NCBI GenBank assembly: GCA_026770705.1
Contig: JANJGN010000001.1
Location: 165,540,001-165,604,000 of the forward strand
Source: Isurus oxyrinchus
Taxonomy: Eukaryota
Direction of reading: 5' to 3'
Length of the DNA stretch: 64,000 nucleotides
Part shown: positions 15,199 through 28,049 of the stretch, piece after piece
How positions within the stretch are numbered: position 1 is the stretch's first letter
How the letters are laid out: each line of letters starts with the position of its first letter
Translations under genes and position numbers: made by a program
The notes under the pieces: model-generated
The model's input: the letters and a program-made list of their open reading frames with translations, nothing else
Database searches by the model: none
What the model was told of the DNA's origin: nothing

Positions 15199-15432
15199 GT
15201 GAATTGAAAACTTTGGCTCCACTTGATCGTGAACAACATGCGGTTTATAACCTATTGATGAGAGCCACTGATGGAGGAGGTCGCTTCTGCCAGGCTGATG
15301 TTGTTATAATACTGGAAGATGTGAATGATAATGCACCAATATTTTCATCTGATCCATACACTGTATCTGTCTTTGAAAACACAGCTAATAAAACACTGCT
15401 AACGCGAGTTCAAGCCACTGATCCAGATACAG
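15199..15432 (+). CDS. FAT1: FAT1 exon (~13) ([12 protein letters not shown]...QATDPDT)
   Basis: attag|GT...ACA G|gtaaga; 234 nt; matches ORF 15204-15443. Confidence 0.95.
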
Positions 15433-15769
15433 GTAAGATGTAGTCCAGTGGTACCAAATAACCACTCCTGTTTACAACGCAGTCCTCCGAAGCTAAGCAA
15501 ATTTATAAGTTGTTACTGGATGTACTTTACAATGAAAGTCCCAGTCGGAAATTGAGAAAATACAAATTCCTGGTGTTGAGAATACAGTCATTGGAAGTCC
15601 TGACTCGTAAATACACTTAAGAAAAATCAGTCATCTTCAAAGGAAGATACTAAATGATGTGTCAAACGAATTGCACACTTTTAAATAATGCTTCAATGCA
15701 GGAGTCCTTCATGTAAATGAAGCGTTTTAGCTTGAGTTGTGGCCAGGTTACATTACTTATAAATCCCTA

Positions 15770-16502
15770 GGTCGGGATTTAGAGCAAGAGACGGGGGATC
15801 CTGAGTTGCTTTCATGGGGAGGCCTGATGCTATTTAAATGCCCTCAAGCATCTAACTGGCTAGCATTGGACCTTCCATGCAATCAAGCCCCCAGTAGAGT
15901 GGAAAATCCAGCCCCTGAGAGCTGCCGGACATTTGGAAGCTGGTAGCTCTGCAGTACCAGCAATGCCACTGGGAGTAATGGCTGCTGCCAATAATGCTTC
16001 AAAGCACAGTCTGAGGATTGCCAATGGATCCTTGCACCAATGTCAGAAGAGGGCTGCCGGATGGGGGGTGCAGGGGGATCAGAGGCAAGGGCAGGAGGTG
16101 GCTTTCAGCAGAGCACCCCCAAACCCCTTCCTGATGCCGGGTTTCTCATGCGGGCACTGAGTCCCTGACAACAAGGGACCCTCCTTTATGAGGCCGCAGG
16201 CAAACCTGATGGAGTTTGCTGGACAACCTTTGGGAGGCACAGGAGAGCCGCGCAAGTCCAATTAATATCCTGAGTCACCACTAAATTCTGGTGTGCTCAG
16301 GTATAATTGCTCTCAAGTGGCTCATTAATGAGCCTAATTGGCATCCCGTTATTGGCGGGTGGGATTCCTACGTCGGGACCTTCCCACCCCCAACTTAATT
16401 GAGGACAGTTTTCCAGATGCTGGGAATCTGATATGGGTGCTCCTGCCTGATTCTCCTGGTTCACCTGCCTAGATGCTCTGGCGGGCTCCATTAAATTCAG
16501 CC
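15770..16502. mobile_element. GC-rich Harbinger-type MITE, degenerate
   Basis: ggtcgggattta...taaattcagcc imperfect termini similar to the other MITEs. Confidence 0.5.
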
Positions 16503-16828
16503 TATAGTTACCCTGACAAGGTGGTTGTAGATCTTCTCCTTAAACTGCTTCAGCCCTTGTGATGATTGCACTTCATTAGATAGAAAATTCCAGGATTTTA
16601 ACTCTGTAGCAATGAGATAGAGCTTCTGAATAGTTTTCCCCTTAACCCCCACCTCCCACTCACCCCAGTTTCTATAGAGCTCCTTCGAAGTGTACCCTGT
16701 TAGATGCTGCCTTGATCTGAGAATAGTTAATTCTGCCCCTCATCTGGCATTCAGTCTTGTGTCTCTGTCTTGATTATTGCTTTGGGAGGATCTTGGAACC
16801 ATGTGACTCTGACAGGATACAAACTGAA

Positions 16829-16996
16829 ACTTTTTTATAGTGACAGTTGCGTGTAACTCTCTCGAGTACAAACCCGTTTCCATCTGTTTCAGATGAAGTT
16901 ACATTGTTTTCATAGTTTGCCATTGTGAGATTTGAACTCTTGATTGTGGGGTTACAAACCCAGTACCATAACCACTTGGCTATTTAGGCCAAGCGT
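16829..16996 (-). mobile_element. tRNA(Thr-UGU)-derived SINE with 15-bp TSD
   Basis: TSD AGGATACAAACTGAA at 16814-16828 and 16997-17011; on the minus strand, A box TAGCCAAGTGG, anticodon loop TT-TGT-AA, B box GTTCAAATC, short A tail. Confidence 0.85.
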
Positions 16997-17199
16997 AGGA
17001 TACAAACTGAATGCCAGCAAGCAGACTATTGGTAAATAATTGTTGCTTAATGGCATTATTGGTGACTCTTGCCATGAATAGGAGGAGGGCTATAGGACAC
17101 TAATTGGCCAAATTGGATTAACCACATACATCTTCCTCTCAAGAACTCATTGATTAGAGACAGTTGGGAAGGGGTCAGGAATTTCAGTCCTCTGTCTCA

Positions 17200-17570
17200 C
17201 AGTCTGAAATGCCAGGACTTAAGGATTTAAATTATGAGGCCAGGTTGCATAAACTTGTTACCGTCAAGGGAAAGGAAGACGGGGATGTGCAATTTTAAAA
17301 TTAGAATCAGCCCATTCAAGAGTGAAGTCGGGAAGTACTTTTTGTACAAAGAGCAAGATAAATGTGGAATAGGCTCCCAAAAGGTTGTACATGCTGAATC
17401 AATTGGAGTCCCCAAGATTGAGATCAACAAATTTTTATTAATTATGGTATCAAGGAATATGGATTAAAGATGATTAAATGGAGCTGCAGTATTGATCAGC
17501 CTTGATTTAATTGAATGGTGGAACAGGCTTGAGGAGTTTAATAGCTTACTACTTGTCCTAATTTTCCAAG
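17200..17570 (+). mobile_element. Old CR1 LINE 3' fragment
   Basis: Decayed RT C-terminus (KIRISPFKSEVGKYF) plus the CR1 3' tail. Confidence 0.6.
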
Positions 17571-19235
17571 AGTTATTCTTAGGTGACCAGTAGATGATTG
17601 CACATAAATACTTCATCATTTGTTCCACCTCCATATATGAACAGGATATGATCATTGCCCTTTGGGGAAAATAGTTTGGAGCTCTGTCTAGTAACTAAGT
17701 AGAACTCCAGGCAAACAAACAAATCTTGTAAATCTTTTGCACCTCAACTGGGCTTGAGCTGTAACCCTAACAGGAGTGTAATAGAAGGACAAAAGTTAAG
17801 CTTGATTGCAAATACACATAACATTGGAATTCTTAAAAGTTTTGTCAGGATGGAGCCTCTGTCTAGAAAATAGTGGCATTAGAATGGACCAGACTCCCTA
17901 CTTTGAGAGTTATGAAGTAACAACAATTATGCCACCAAAATTTTTTTATATGACACATTCAGAGGCTTTAATGATAAGATTATTCATAAAGGGCCAAATG
18001 TTGCTGGTCTCCAGGAAGAAAATCAGATGTATGACTGAAAATGTGCGTCGGGATCCTGTGGAAGTCCTGAGGCATGGACCTACGTGGGAACTGCCTGAGA
18101 GATTTAAACTTCGAATGGGTAATTCCCCAGCTCCCGGGACCTTCAGCGTATGATTCCAACTCAAAGCAATTCCTCGATACTTACCTGGATAGTTAACCTG
18201 GAAATGTTCGACAGGTCATAACTTGGTCTAATACCTGGGTAACTCCACAACTGGCCCCCCAAATTACCCATCCCTGACACCTCCCCTCACCACCGTATAG
18301 TCTCCTGACCACTCACCCAACTCGACTACACTCCCGACCCGACTACCTCTCCATATTTCTGTAAAAGCAGGATTGGAGGACCCCAGAAGAAACGTGCAGC
18401 AGCATTGGGTGGGGAAATTTTTGAGCAGAGCAACAATCTGCTAATTGTTGCTGCTGTTTGGAAGATCCAGGCAAAACTAATTTCTTGAAATTAATTTAGA
18501 AGTGTTCAAGTCAAGCATGTTAGAGTAACTATTACTGAAATAATATCAACCATACTGATAAAAAGATCTAGAAAGAAAAGATCTAGAAAGTTAACAATGC
18601 AGATAAAATAGCTGTTGAATTCATCATGCTAGGGAACACATGCTTAACATTTTATGCTGCATTTATATAACTGCTAATGGGCTTCACTGTTCCCTTAGCA
18701 CCCAGTCTGATTTGTGCACAGAGCATTATTATGATTAATGTTTTGGTTAATTGCACTGACACGATTGATTCTCTCACTGCATTTTAACTAAAATTATCAG
18801 TCACACATAGGAATATGAGCTTTATGTAAGATAAAAATAAATACTGTCTCTGGTTAATTGTTGTTTAGCCACGCTAGAGATTGTCATTAAAATAAACTCA
18901 AACAATACAGCTTTAAAAGACGGACGACTCAAAACTACAAAACTCAGTTTTAAATAGCAAACATTGGAAAGATCACATCTGGAGTGCTGTGTACAGTGTT
19001 GGCCTTTTTATTTAAAATAAGATATAAATATGTTAGAAGCAGTTCAGAGAAGGTTCACTCAAATGATATCTGGAATGGAGTATTATTCCTAAACCTGTAC
19101 AGATGAAGTATTTTTTTTTAACTGAAATGTCATTGGTTTATTCTGATAGTTTAAAAGAATAATGTTCCTGTAACTTAGAAAAATATACCTTACTACCTGT
19201 CTCTGTATGCCTTTTAACTAACGATTTATAATCCT

Positions 19236-19517
19236 TAACAAAAACAGAATTACCTGGAAAAACTCAGCAGGTCTGGCAGCATCGGCGGAGAAGAAAAGAG
19301 TTGACGTTTCAAGTCCTCATGACCCTTCAACAGAACTAGGTGAATCCAAGGAAGGGATTTCACCCTTTCCTTGGATTCACCTAGTTCTGTTGAAGGGTCA
19401 TGAGGACTCGAAACGTCAACTCTTTCCTTCTCCACCGATGCTGCCAGACCTGCTGAGTTTTTCCAGGTAATTCTGTTTTTGTTTTGGATTTCCAGCATCC
19501 GCAGTTTTTTTGTTTTT
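19236..19517. mobile_element. Fold-back Penelope-like (pLTR-derived) insertion with 13-bp TSD
   Basis: Inverted arms ~19237-19356 and ~19363-19483; TSD GATTTATAATCCT at 19223-19235 and 19518-19530. Confidence 0.85.
19383..19421 (+). ncRNA. Minimal type-I hammerhead ribozyme-like motif (inverted copy at 19299-19337)
   Basis: AGTT-CTGTTGA-A-GGGTC-atgag-GACTC-GAAAC-GTC^-AACT: stems I and II pair; core reads CUGUUGA instead of CUGANGA. Confidence 0.6.
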
Positions 19518-20586
19518 GATTTATAATCCTATCTTGTTCACCAGGACTTAATGTTCTGTAGTTCAAAGCAATATTGTCACTTTTAACTCATAGGTATAGC
19601 CAACTACAAAGGTTGAAGTTTGGATAGTAGCCAACAGCATTATACAAATTAAGATTCTGTTGCAAAGTGTTACCGACTTTATACTTAGCTAGAGAAGAAA
19701 GGAAGTTGTGTATGAAACTTTTATAGTACATTCAACAACACTGAAGCTGATTTTCTAATTTCAGTTTGGGTCTCTATTAATCTGTTATTTCAGCAGTGCA
19801 CTAGCACAGTTAGAGCACCCACCTCTAACGACTTGTTTACTGAACTTACCAAATTGTGTGGTTCAGCTTCAGTTTTCTGGCTTGTATTGGGTCTGGTGTT
19901 GGAACTGAGGAGGAGGGTGGGAAGCCAAGGAAAAGAAGATTGCAAATGTTCTGTAAGCAGTCATCTTATATAGCTTGATGGGTCAAGGGGAAGGAATGAG
20001 CCATTGAAAAGTAAGTAGCCATATGTGGGGATAAAAATGGTGGTAACTTTTACAAAAAAAGATAGAACAGTATCAGTCTATGCAGAACCAGCTGTGTTTA
20101 AACTATCTGTGGTTTATTGTGATTCCAAGTAAATAACATAGATACATATAAGAGGCAAGATGTTCTCAAATATATAGCATTCCTGCATTTTTTTTTAGGA
20201 GTAAAAAGAAGAACATTGCATTTCTAATAATTTGCTAATATTGCAACTACAATTCTATTTTGTGTTTACTCCAGTCAGTAGTGGATAACTGGATAAAAAG
20301 CTATTATGTACTGTTAGCATCTTTCATCTGACATGGTAATATATGCCATATATCACAATATAAAAAGATAATATAATTTAATTCATAATTATACTAAGGA
20401 CCAAGCATTTTAAAAATGCACAAGATAATAATTTCCTTATACTAAATTTATGAAGTTAATTTTAACTTTTTCAGTGAATGTACTGTACTGGAAGCATTCT
20501 GCATTATTTGTGATTTTTAAACCAAAGTTCATGGTTAAAGTGATGACATTGATGGAACTGTTTTCTTTCTAAATTTTAAAACATAG

Positions 20587-20976
20587 GTTTGAATCGTAAG
20601 GTACTTTATTCACTTGTGGATTCTGCTGATGATCACTTCTCCATTGATGAGTTATCTGGAATCATTAGTCTGGAGAAACCTTTAGATCGAGAACTCCAAG
20701 CTTCATACAGTCTTATTGTGAAGGCCACTGATCAAGGCGCACTCAAAAAACTATCATCCGTTTGTACAGTATTGGTTTCCGTGCTCGATATCAATGACAA
20801 TCCGCCTGTGTTTGAGAACAGAGAGTACCTAGCCTCACTTTCTGAGGATATTCCTTTAGGAACTGAGGTTCTTCAGGTATTTGCAGCCAGCAGGGACATT
20901 GAGGCCAATTCGGAGATTACATATTCCATCATCAGTGGCAATGAACATGGAAAGTTCAGCATAGATGCAAATACAG
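20587..20976 (+). CDS. FAT1: FAT1 exon (~14), cadherin repeats
   Basis: catag|GT TTG...ACA G|gtactt; 390 nt; LDRE and DINDNPPVF motifs. Confidence 0.95.
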
Positions 20977-21873
20977 GTACTTTCTTATATGTAATAATTG
21001 TAGCTAAATTTGAAAATCATTTGCTCAGTGATAATACACTTATTGTAAGGGGTTCAGAGATCAGACAATAAATTTCAGACAAGGAGACACTTAATGCAGC
21101 GGTGTCAGTACAATTTATCAAGCAACGCAATTGTACTTAACAAATGAAGGCAGCCGATATCCTTGTTTAGGCAGCTCTTGCTTCCCACTGATTTCTAGTG
21201 GCACAAACAACTGATGACTCCTGCTCTTCTTTTGTCTCATGTGTCGTCTTGAGGTCTATGAACAAGCTTTCCTGAGTCTTTTCCTTTTAATCCTGTAACA
21301 GGGATCTTGCTGTCTTCTAATATTGCTGTTGTAGTTTGATCTTCATGGACCAGTAGTCACAACCCGAACGGGATATCCGCAACATCTAAACATCCTGTCA
21401 TCAACTTTTTCCTGTATAGCTATTTGCCAGGCTTAATAATCCTCACACTGATTTAGTTTTAGCTGCAAAGTCCATTGGTCTATACATTTCAAAGCATATC
21501 CTTTCATAACAACTGGTAAAATAATTCAGACATCTGTCCCTACTTCCCTTTTCCTATTTAACTCAGTCAATTCATACCCTCAATCCCATTATAGTGTGAC
21601 TTTGTTTTAATTCAAGTCTCACAGATTGCATATCCTCAGTCAAGCATACGTTTAGAATGGGCTCTTTTCAGTAGCTCGTACAGTATATAAATTACAGTTA
21701 AAAAGATTTCTTAGACACCGTATCAAAATGCAGAGTATAAAAAGATTCACATTTCCTACATCATTTTGTGCATTCAATCGGTTAAAATTTAAAGTAGACT
21801 TTACGTAATTACTGTGTCATAGTGTTTTTTTCTTAATATCGTTTCTATTAATTTACTATTTTGTTTTCATCAG

Positions 21874-22088
21874 GTGCTATTTTTGTGCTTAAAAACCTGG
21901 ACTTTGAGACATCTCATGAATATTACTTGACAGTTGAAGTCACGGATGGTGGAACACCTTCGCTTAATGATGTAGCAACAGTGAATATCAATGTGACGGA
22001 CATCAATGACAACACTCCTAAATTTAGTCACAATGTATATATGGCAGTGATAAGTGAAGATGCTCCTTTGGGACAACTGGTTGTTACA
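21874..22088 (+). CDS. FAT1: FAT1 exon (~15), cadherin repeat
   Basis: catcag|GT GCT...GTT ACA|gtacgt; 215 nt; LDFE and DINDNTPKF motifs. Confidence 0.94.
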
Positions 22089-23530
22089 GTACGTTCAACA
22101 CATTACATATTTTGCTTCCTCATTTAAGAGTCAAGAATAATAGCATAATGAGATAAGGTGAAATTAACAAGCCAGAACTTAAAAGTCAGAGTTAACAAAT
22201 GGTGATTTGGCACATCTAAACTCAACTGTCTATTACTCTAATTCACTGAAAATAGTGTCTATTGTATTTTGAATGGCCCCAATTACTTGCCTTTCTTTCA
22301 AATCTTTACAACTATGATCAGCAAGATTTTCTTGATCTTTATTGAATTTACTTTTCACTACTGGTCATTTATGTTCTCTGATCCTACCTGCTTAGCATGC
22401 TTTAAAATAATAATGTTTTATGAAGAACACATTAGAAACAACACAGAGAAGAATGGCATGGATGCTTCCACAAGCTAGGACACTAAGTTATAAATAAATT
22501 TATTTTGGTGGGAAAAGAGTGAGGGTAGACATGATGCAGGAAGAATGTATGATTGAGATGGAGTTAACAAACTGTTTTGGGAGATGGTGGACACAGTAAA
22601 ATAATGCCCAACCATCGAATTAGATGAGACTGGAAAAGTAAACTTTTATACTGCTTCATGATAGTGGCAATGTGGAACAAACTTCTGATAAAGATAGTTG
22701 TCTTGATATCTTTAATAAACAGTTAGGTCAATAATGATAAATGGGATTCAGGCTTAGAGAAATATTTAACAATTCTAGTTAACATGTTTTGCAGGTGATC
22801 CAGAAGAATGTTGCTTAAAATAGAGCAACAGGTGGCGTGGGAGGGTAATTCATCATAGATTAATCAATCATAGACTCTGGGTGGAGCAGTCTTAATAGAT
22901 TGAATAGCCATTTCTCATTCAGAATTTTCTTATGTTCCTATAAACATAAGCTTTAATTAAATGCTGCAATTATTTTCCACATAAACACAGAAGTTAATGC
23001 AATTTGAGAAGTATTTCCTCCTCACATGATTTTGTCACTGGAAAGTAAATGTGGGCAATAGGTGAAAATGGTCCACATTTTTGAAAAAAATTAAATATTG
23101 GCACTCATTTAAAAACAACATTTTGCCTGGCATGGTATACCCGCATACAATGTGGTAAGGTGTCATGTGATATTCCTATACCACAGCTGGTGGCATCCAC
23201 CCAAAATATGCAAATGAACCTGACCCAATAATTTTTGGACAGGGTCAGGACACGCCATGGCTGAATAGTTCATTCTGTTTCTGATCCAATCGCTGCAGGC
23301 TGACATCTGTTTTTTCTCCTCTAGTGTGTTTCAGCTGCTGTTGGGTTCTAGATTATGTGAAAGGTGTTAAGAACAGAGTTGAGGAAACAGATTTGAGGGT
23401 GGTTCAAGCTGTTGAATTTTTATTCCTTATTTTTCATTTTTATTTAATGAAGTTGTTGAATGTTCACCAGTTATTTATTTTGAACAATTGAGACAGTCAT
23501 ATCACTGCAAAATATTTATCTTAGTACTTT

Positions 23531-24458
23531 CATAGAAACTAGGAGCAGGAATAGGCCATTTGGTAAAACCCATTTACCATTTGGCCCTTCTAGCCTGCTC
23601 CACCATTCAGTACGATCATGGCTGATCCTCTATCTCAACACCATATTCCCGCTTTCTCTCCATACCCATTGATGCCCCTAATATCCCAAAAATTTTCAGT
23701 TTTCTTCTTTAATATACTCAGTGACCCGACCTCCCCAGCCTTCTGCGGTAGAGAATTCCACAGGTTGGCTACCCCCTGAGTGAAAAAATGTTTCCTCACC
23801 ACAGCCCTAAATGGCCTGCCCTTTATCCTGAGACTGTGACCCCTGGTTCTAGCCTCCCCAACCAAGGGAAACATCCTCCCTGCATCTGGTCTATCTAGCC
23901 CTGTTAGAATTTTATACATTTCAGTCAGATCCCCTCTCATGCTTCAAACTCTAGTGAATATAAGCCCAATCAGTCAAACAAATCTCTCCTCATAAGACAG
24001 TCCTGCCATCCCCAGTATCAGCCTAGTGAACCTTCGCTGCACTCCCTCTATGGCAAGTATATCCTCTCTTAGGTAGGGAGACCAAAACTGCATACAATAC
24101 TCCAGGTGTGGTCTCACCAAGGCCTTGTATAACTGCAGTAAGACATCCCTACTTCTGAACTGAAATCCTCTTGCAATGAAGGCCAACATACCATTTGCCT
24201 TCCTAATTGCTTGCTGCACTTGCCTGTTACTTTCACTGGCGTACAAGGACACCCAGATCCCTTTGTACATCCACATTACCCAATATATCACCATTTAAAT
24301 AATACTCTGCCTTTCTGTTTTTCACACCGAAGGATATAACTTCACATTTATCTATGTTATGCTGCGTCTGCCATATGTTTGCCCACACACACAACTTGTC
24401 TAAATCACCCTACAGCCTCCTTGCATCCTCCACACAACTCTCAATGCCGCCCAGTTTG
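23531..24458 (-). mobile_element. 5'-truncated CR1 LINE (RT C-terminus and 3' UTR)
   Basis: LYKALVRPHLEYCMQFWSPY...EGVQRRFTRLI and RGDLTEMYKIL...TRGHSLRIKG; frameshifted. Confidence 0.92.
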
Positions 24459-24874
24459 ACTACACCATTGTTCAAATCTAAAAACAAAAAAGTTTCTGTA
24501 ACCCTTATGATGTGAATTTTGGTGTGGTTTTTAATGGAACCAAAGTGTAAAATAATTTTGATTTATTTGATAAATGATTGCTAGAAATTGGGTAAATTAT
24601 AATTATGTACTATATTAAAAAAACCTTCAAATTGAGGCTTGCGGCTGCTGGCCCTGTTTAATTTATAATGAAACATTATAATTATTTTTGCTTATATAAT
24701 GTATGTGCCTGGAACAGAACTTCTTCATCACATGTGAATACTGATCATATTTGTAATAGAGGTTATTTCCCAAGGGAAAATATATTGGTACTGGATCTCA
24801 GTGCACTGCCATAGGTTAAGGATATGTTAAAATTTAGAACAATGTTACCCCAATAGTTTTGCCGTTTTCTGCAG

Positions 24875-25012
24875 GTGGTGGCTGATGATTCAGATGGTCC
24901 ATCAAACAACCAGATTCATTACTCTATTATTAATGGCAATCAAGGAAACCCATTTACCATTGATGTCACCAATGGGGAGATAAAAGTGGCGCAACATTTG
25001 GACAGAGAAAAA
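24875..25012 (+). CDS. FAT1: FAT1 exon (~16) (VVADDSDGPSNN...HLDREK)
   Basis: ctgcag|GTG...AAA|gtgagt; 138 nt, phase 0-0. Confidence 0.95.
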
Positions 25013-25357
25013 GTGAGTAGATTAGAAGTAAACCTGATACTTAAGTAAATCCTATATTTATTGATACTATTGCTTTGCATAATGAGTTATTGATCCATTG
25101 TTATAGAATCAAAAACTTTTATTTAATGTACCTAAGTCATTTAGTTGTAAACAGTACTTTTTCTTTAAAGATAGTACGTAATCAGGTTCCATTTAGATAT
25201 AAAGATACCTCCTAAATTTTGAATGACACTAAGTTGACTTTTTAAAATTATGGGATTTATAAATGGGGGAAAATAGCAATCTATATCCTTGCTGCGTGAA
25301 GATGTACTCCTTATTCATAGATGCAGCTTGTTGATCATTTTGCTGCTTCTCATGCAG

Positions 25358-25501
25358 ATATCTGGCTATACCCTGACATTGCAAGCTTCAGACAATGGTG
25401 TTCCACCTCGGTTCAATACCACCACAGTCAATATTGATGTTGCTGATATCAATGATAATCCTCCCATGTTCTCACAGGCAAACTACAGTGTTATCATCCA
25501 G
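25358..25501 (+). CDS. FAT1: FAT1 exon (~17) (ISGYTLTLQASDNG...YSVIIQ)
   Basis: atgcag|ATA...CAG|gtaaga; 144 nt. Confidence 0.95.
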
Positions 25502-26397
25502 GTAAGAGTGATCAAAATTCCAGTAGGTCTCTAACATGTTGTGATTTTTAAAAAAAAATATATAAATTACATTAACTAAGCTGGAGTAATAATTGCCAAG
25601 TCCTAAACAAAGCATTTTTGGACTTCTGAGCTGGAAAATTTTGGAACTCACTTTTGTATTTAACACTAAGTTTTACATACTTTTTTCTTGAAGGAAACAG
25701 CAAGAGAACAGCATAATAACACTGAATCAAAAAAAAATCAGTTCAGTATAACTTGTCTAGAATTTCTCTGTCACTATCTTCTTTATTTCTGAAGTTATCT
25801 TCCTGCCAGACTGCTAGTACTATATGTTTCTCTCCTAGTCAGCATGAAGGGTTTGTTGCAGAAAGTGAAACTTCCATTGACTGACACAAATCAAAACTTG
25901 TAATTTATTTGTGAAATTGCTAGGACTAGTATGGTCATTCCCATTGACACAGAATTCTAATATGATCTCTGCTTTGTTAAAAGCTTAGCCATGGCATGTT
26001 TTGTGTCAGTGAATAAGTCCTTTTGTCCACTGTATGGTTCTATCAGAATGGTTTTCCATAGCCTCTCAAAATCTTCCCTTTGATCAACTGGGGAGCACCT
26101 CAATTTAAAGGAACTGACGTGGATTACGTCAAGTCTTTCTTACTAGGAGATACAGTGTATGTATAGTACTTTGTCTAATAGCTCCATTCATCTAGAATTA
26201 ATAGCATTCAGAAGAAAACAATGTAGCAATCAGTCCTGCCTGCTACCTGGAGACTGAATGCTCAACTACATTAGCTTCAGCCTGTGTACTTGTATTTTTG
26301 AACACAATTTGAATTCTAGTTTGTGTATGGAAATAGATTTAGAATTATTTGTCAATAATTCAATCCTCTCCCCAGCCCCACACTCAGGCTGAACCAG

Positions 26398-27705
26398 CAA
26401 CAACAACTTATATTTATATTTATTTAGCGCCTTTAGTGTAATGAGACAAATCAAGGCACTTCCCAGGAGCATCATAAAACAAAGTATAACACCGAACCAC
26501 ATAAGGTGATAATAGGTCAGATAGCCAAAAGTTTGGTCAAAGAGTTATGTTTTAATGAATGTCTTAACGGTAGAAAGCAAAACAGAGAAGTGTGGAGAGG
26601 AGCAAGGTCATGGAGGGATTTGAAAACAAGGATGAGAATTTTAAAATCATGGTGTTACTTGACTGTGAACCAATATAGGTCAGCAAGCACAGGGGTGATA
26701 GGGGAATGGGACGTGCTGTGAGTTAAGACATGGGCATCAGAATTTTGGTGTGTAGAATGTGAGACCTGACAGGAGTAGTTGAGTCTAGAGTTGATGAAGG
26801 CATGATTGAGGGTTTTCAGCAGCAGATGAACTAAGACGGTGAAATCGAGGGATGTTATGGAGTTGGAAATAGGTCTTAATAATGGCATGAATATGAGGTT
26901 GAAAACTCATCTCAGGATTAGATGTGACACCAAAGTTTTGAACAGACTCATTTTAAACTCAGACTAGGTAGGGAATGGTGCTTGAAGTGAGGTCTGAAAA
27001 CAATGGCTTCAGTCTTCCCAGTATTTATTGGAGGAATGTTTTGCTCATCTGGATGTCAGGTAAGCTATTTGATAATTTAGCAACAGTAGAGCAGTTCAAG
27101 AGGTTGTAGTGAGGTAGAGCTGGGTGTCATCAGCTTACATGTGCAAAACTAATGCTGGACTCTCAGATGATGATGCTGAGGGGCAGCATGTGGATGAGAA
27201 AAAGCAAGGGCCAAGAATAGATCCTTGAGGGACACCAGAGGAAGGGTGCGGGAACAGGAAGGGAAGCCATTGCAAGTGATTCTCTGGCTATGACTCGATA
27301 GATAAGAATGGAACCATGTGGGAGCTGTCCCACCCTGCTGGCCACAGTGCAGAGGTGGTGGAGGAAGATAGTGTGGTCACTCATGTCGAAGGTTGGAGAC
27401 AGGTTGAAAAGGAAAGAGGGAAATGTTTACCTTTGTCACAGTTACATACGATATCATTTGTGACTTTGATAAAAACTGTTTGGTACTGTAGCTGGAGCCA
27501 AAATCTGATTGGAGGGATTCAAACATGGAGTTCTGGGAAAGATAGGCATAGATTTGGGAGATGACATGTTCAAGGGCATTAGAGAGGAAAGGGAAGTTAA
27601 GAGATTGAATGGTAGCTTGCAAGGATGGGAGGGGTCAAGGATTTGTTGTTTAGAGGAGGGGGATGATGATGGCAGATTTAAAGGAGAGAGGGACAACACA
27701 TGAAA
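26398..27705 (-). mobile_element. L2-clade LINE remnant
   Basis: HAFINSRLNYS and MFESLQSDF RT remnants; (caa)n/tttatat tail at the left end. Confidence 0.8.
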
Positions 27706-28049
27706 TGACCTGGAACCAGACATTTCATGAACTTGGTGTTCTATCCGACCCCTAGCTGTAGCTTCTATCTTGCCTATTAAGATTGTTTAGTTCCTGCACA
27801 ACAATGCATCTGGCCTTCCTCAGCTCCTTAGATGCTGAAAACTTAAACTGGCTCTCTGTTTGCTGATACCCTCTTTTCTCAGAACTGTTGTCCTTGTCCA
27901 TAAATTCCTTAATGTCCTTCACTCCCTATCTCTGCAATCTCCTCCCCAACTTGGCATTACCCTGACCCTGAGCTGTGCACCCCTCTTCCCCTTCAACCTT
28001 TCATTTGTAACAGAACCAAAGCAAGTGTAACCTTCAGCAGACTTCGAAC

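Noticed and set aside
16910-16990. Functional tRNA-Thr gene
   Set aside because: Acceptor and anticodon stems are broken, and it sits inside a TSD-flanked element, so it is a SINE head
19250-19566. ORFs 19250-19498 and 19381-19566
   Set aside because: Translations of the palindromic repeat with no protein-like features
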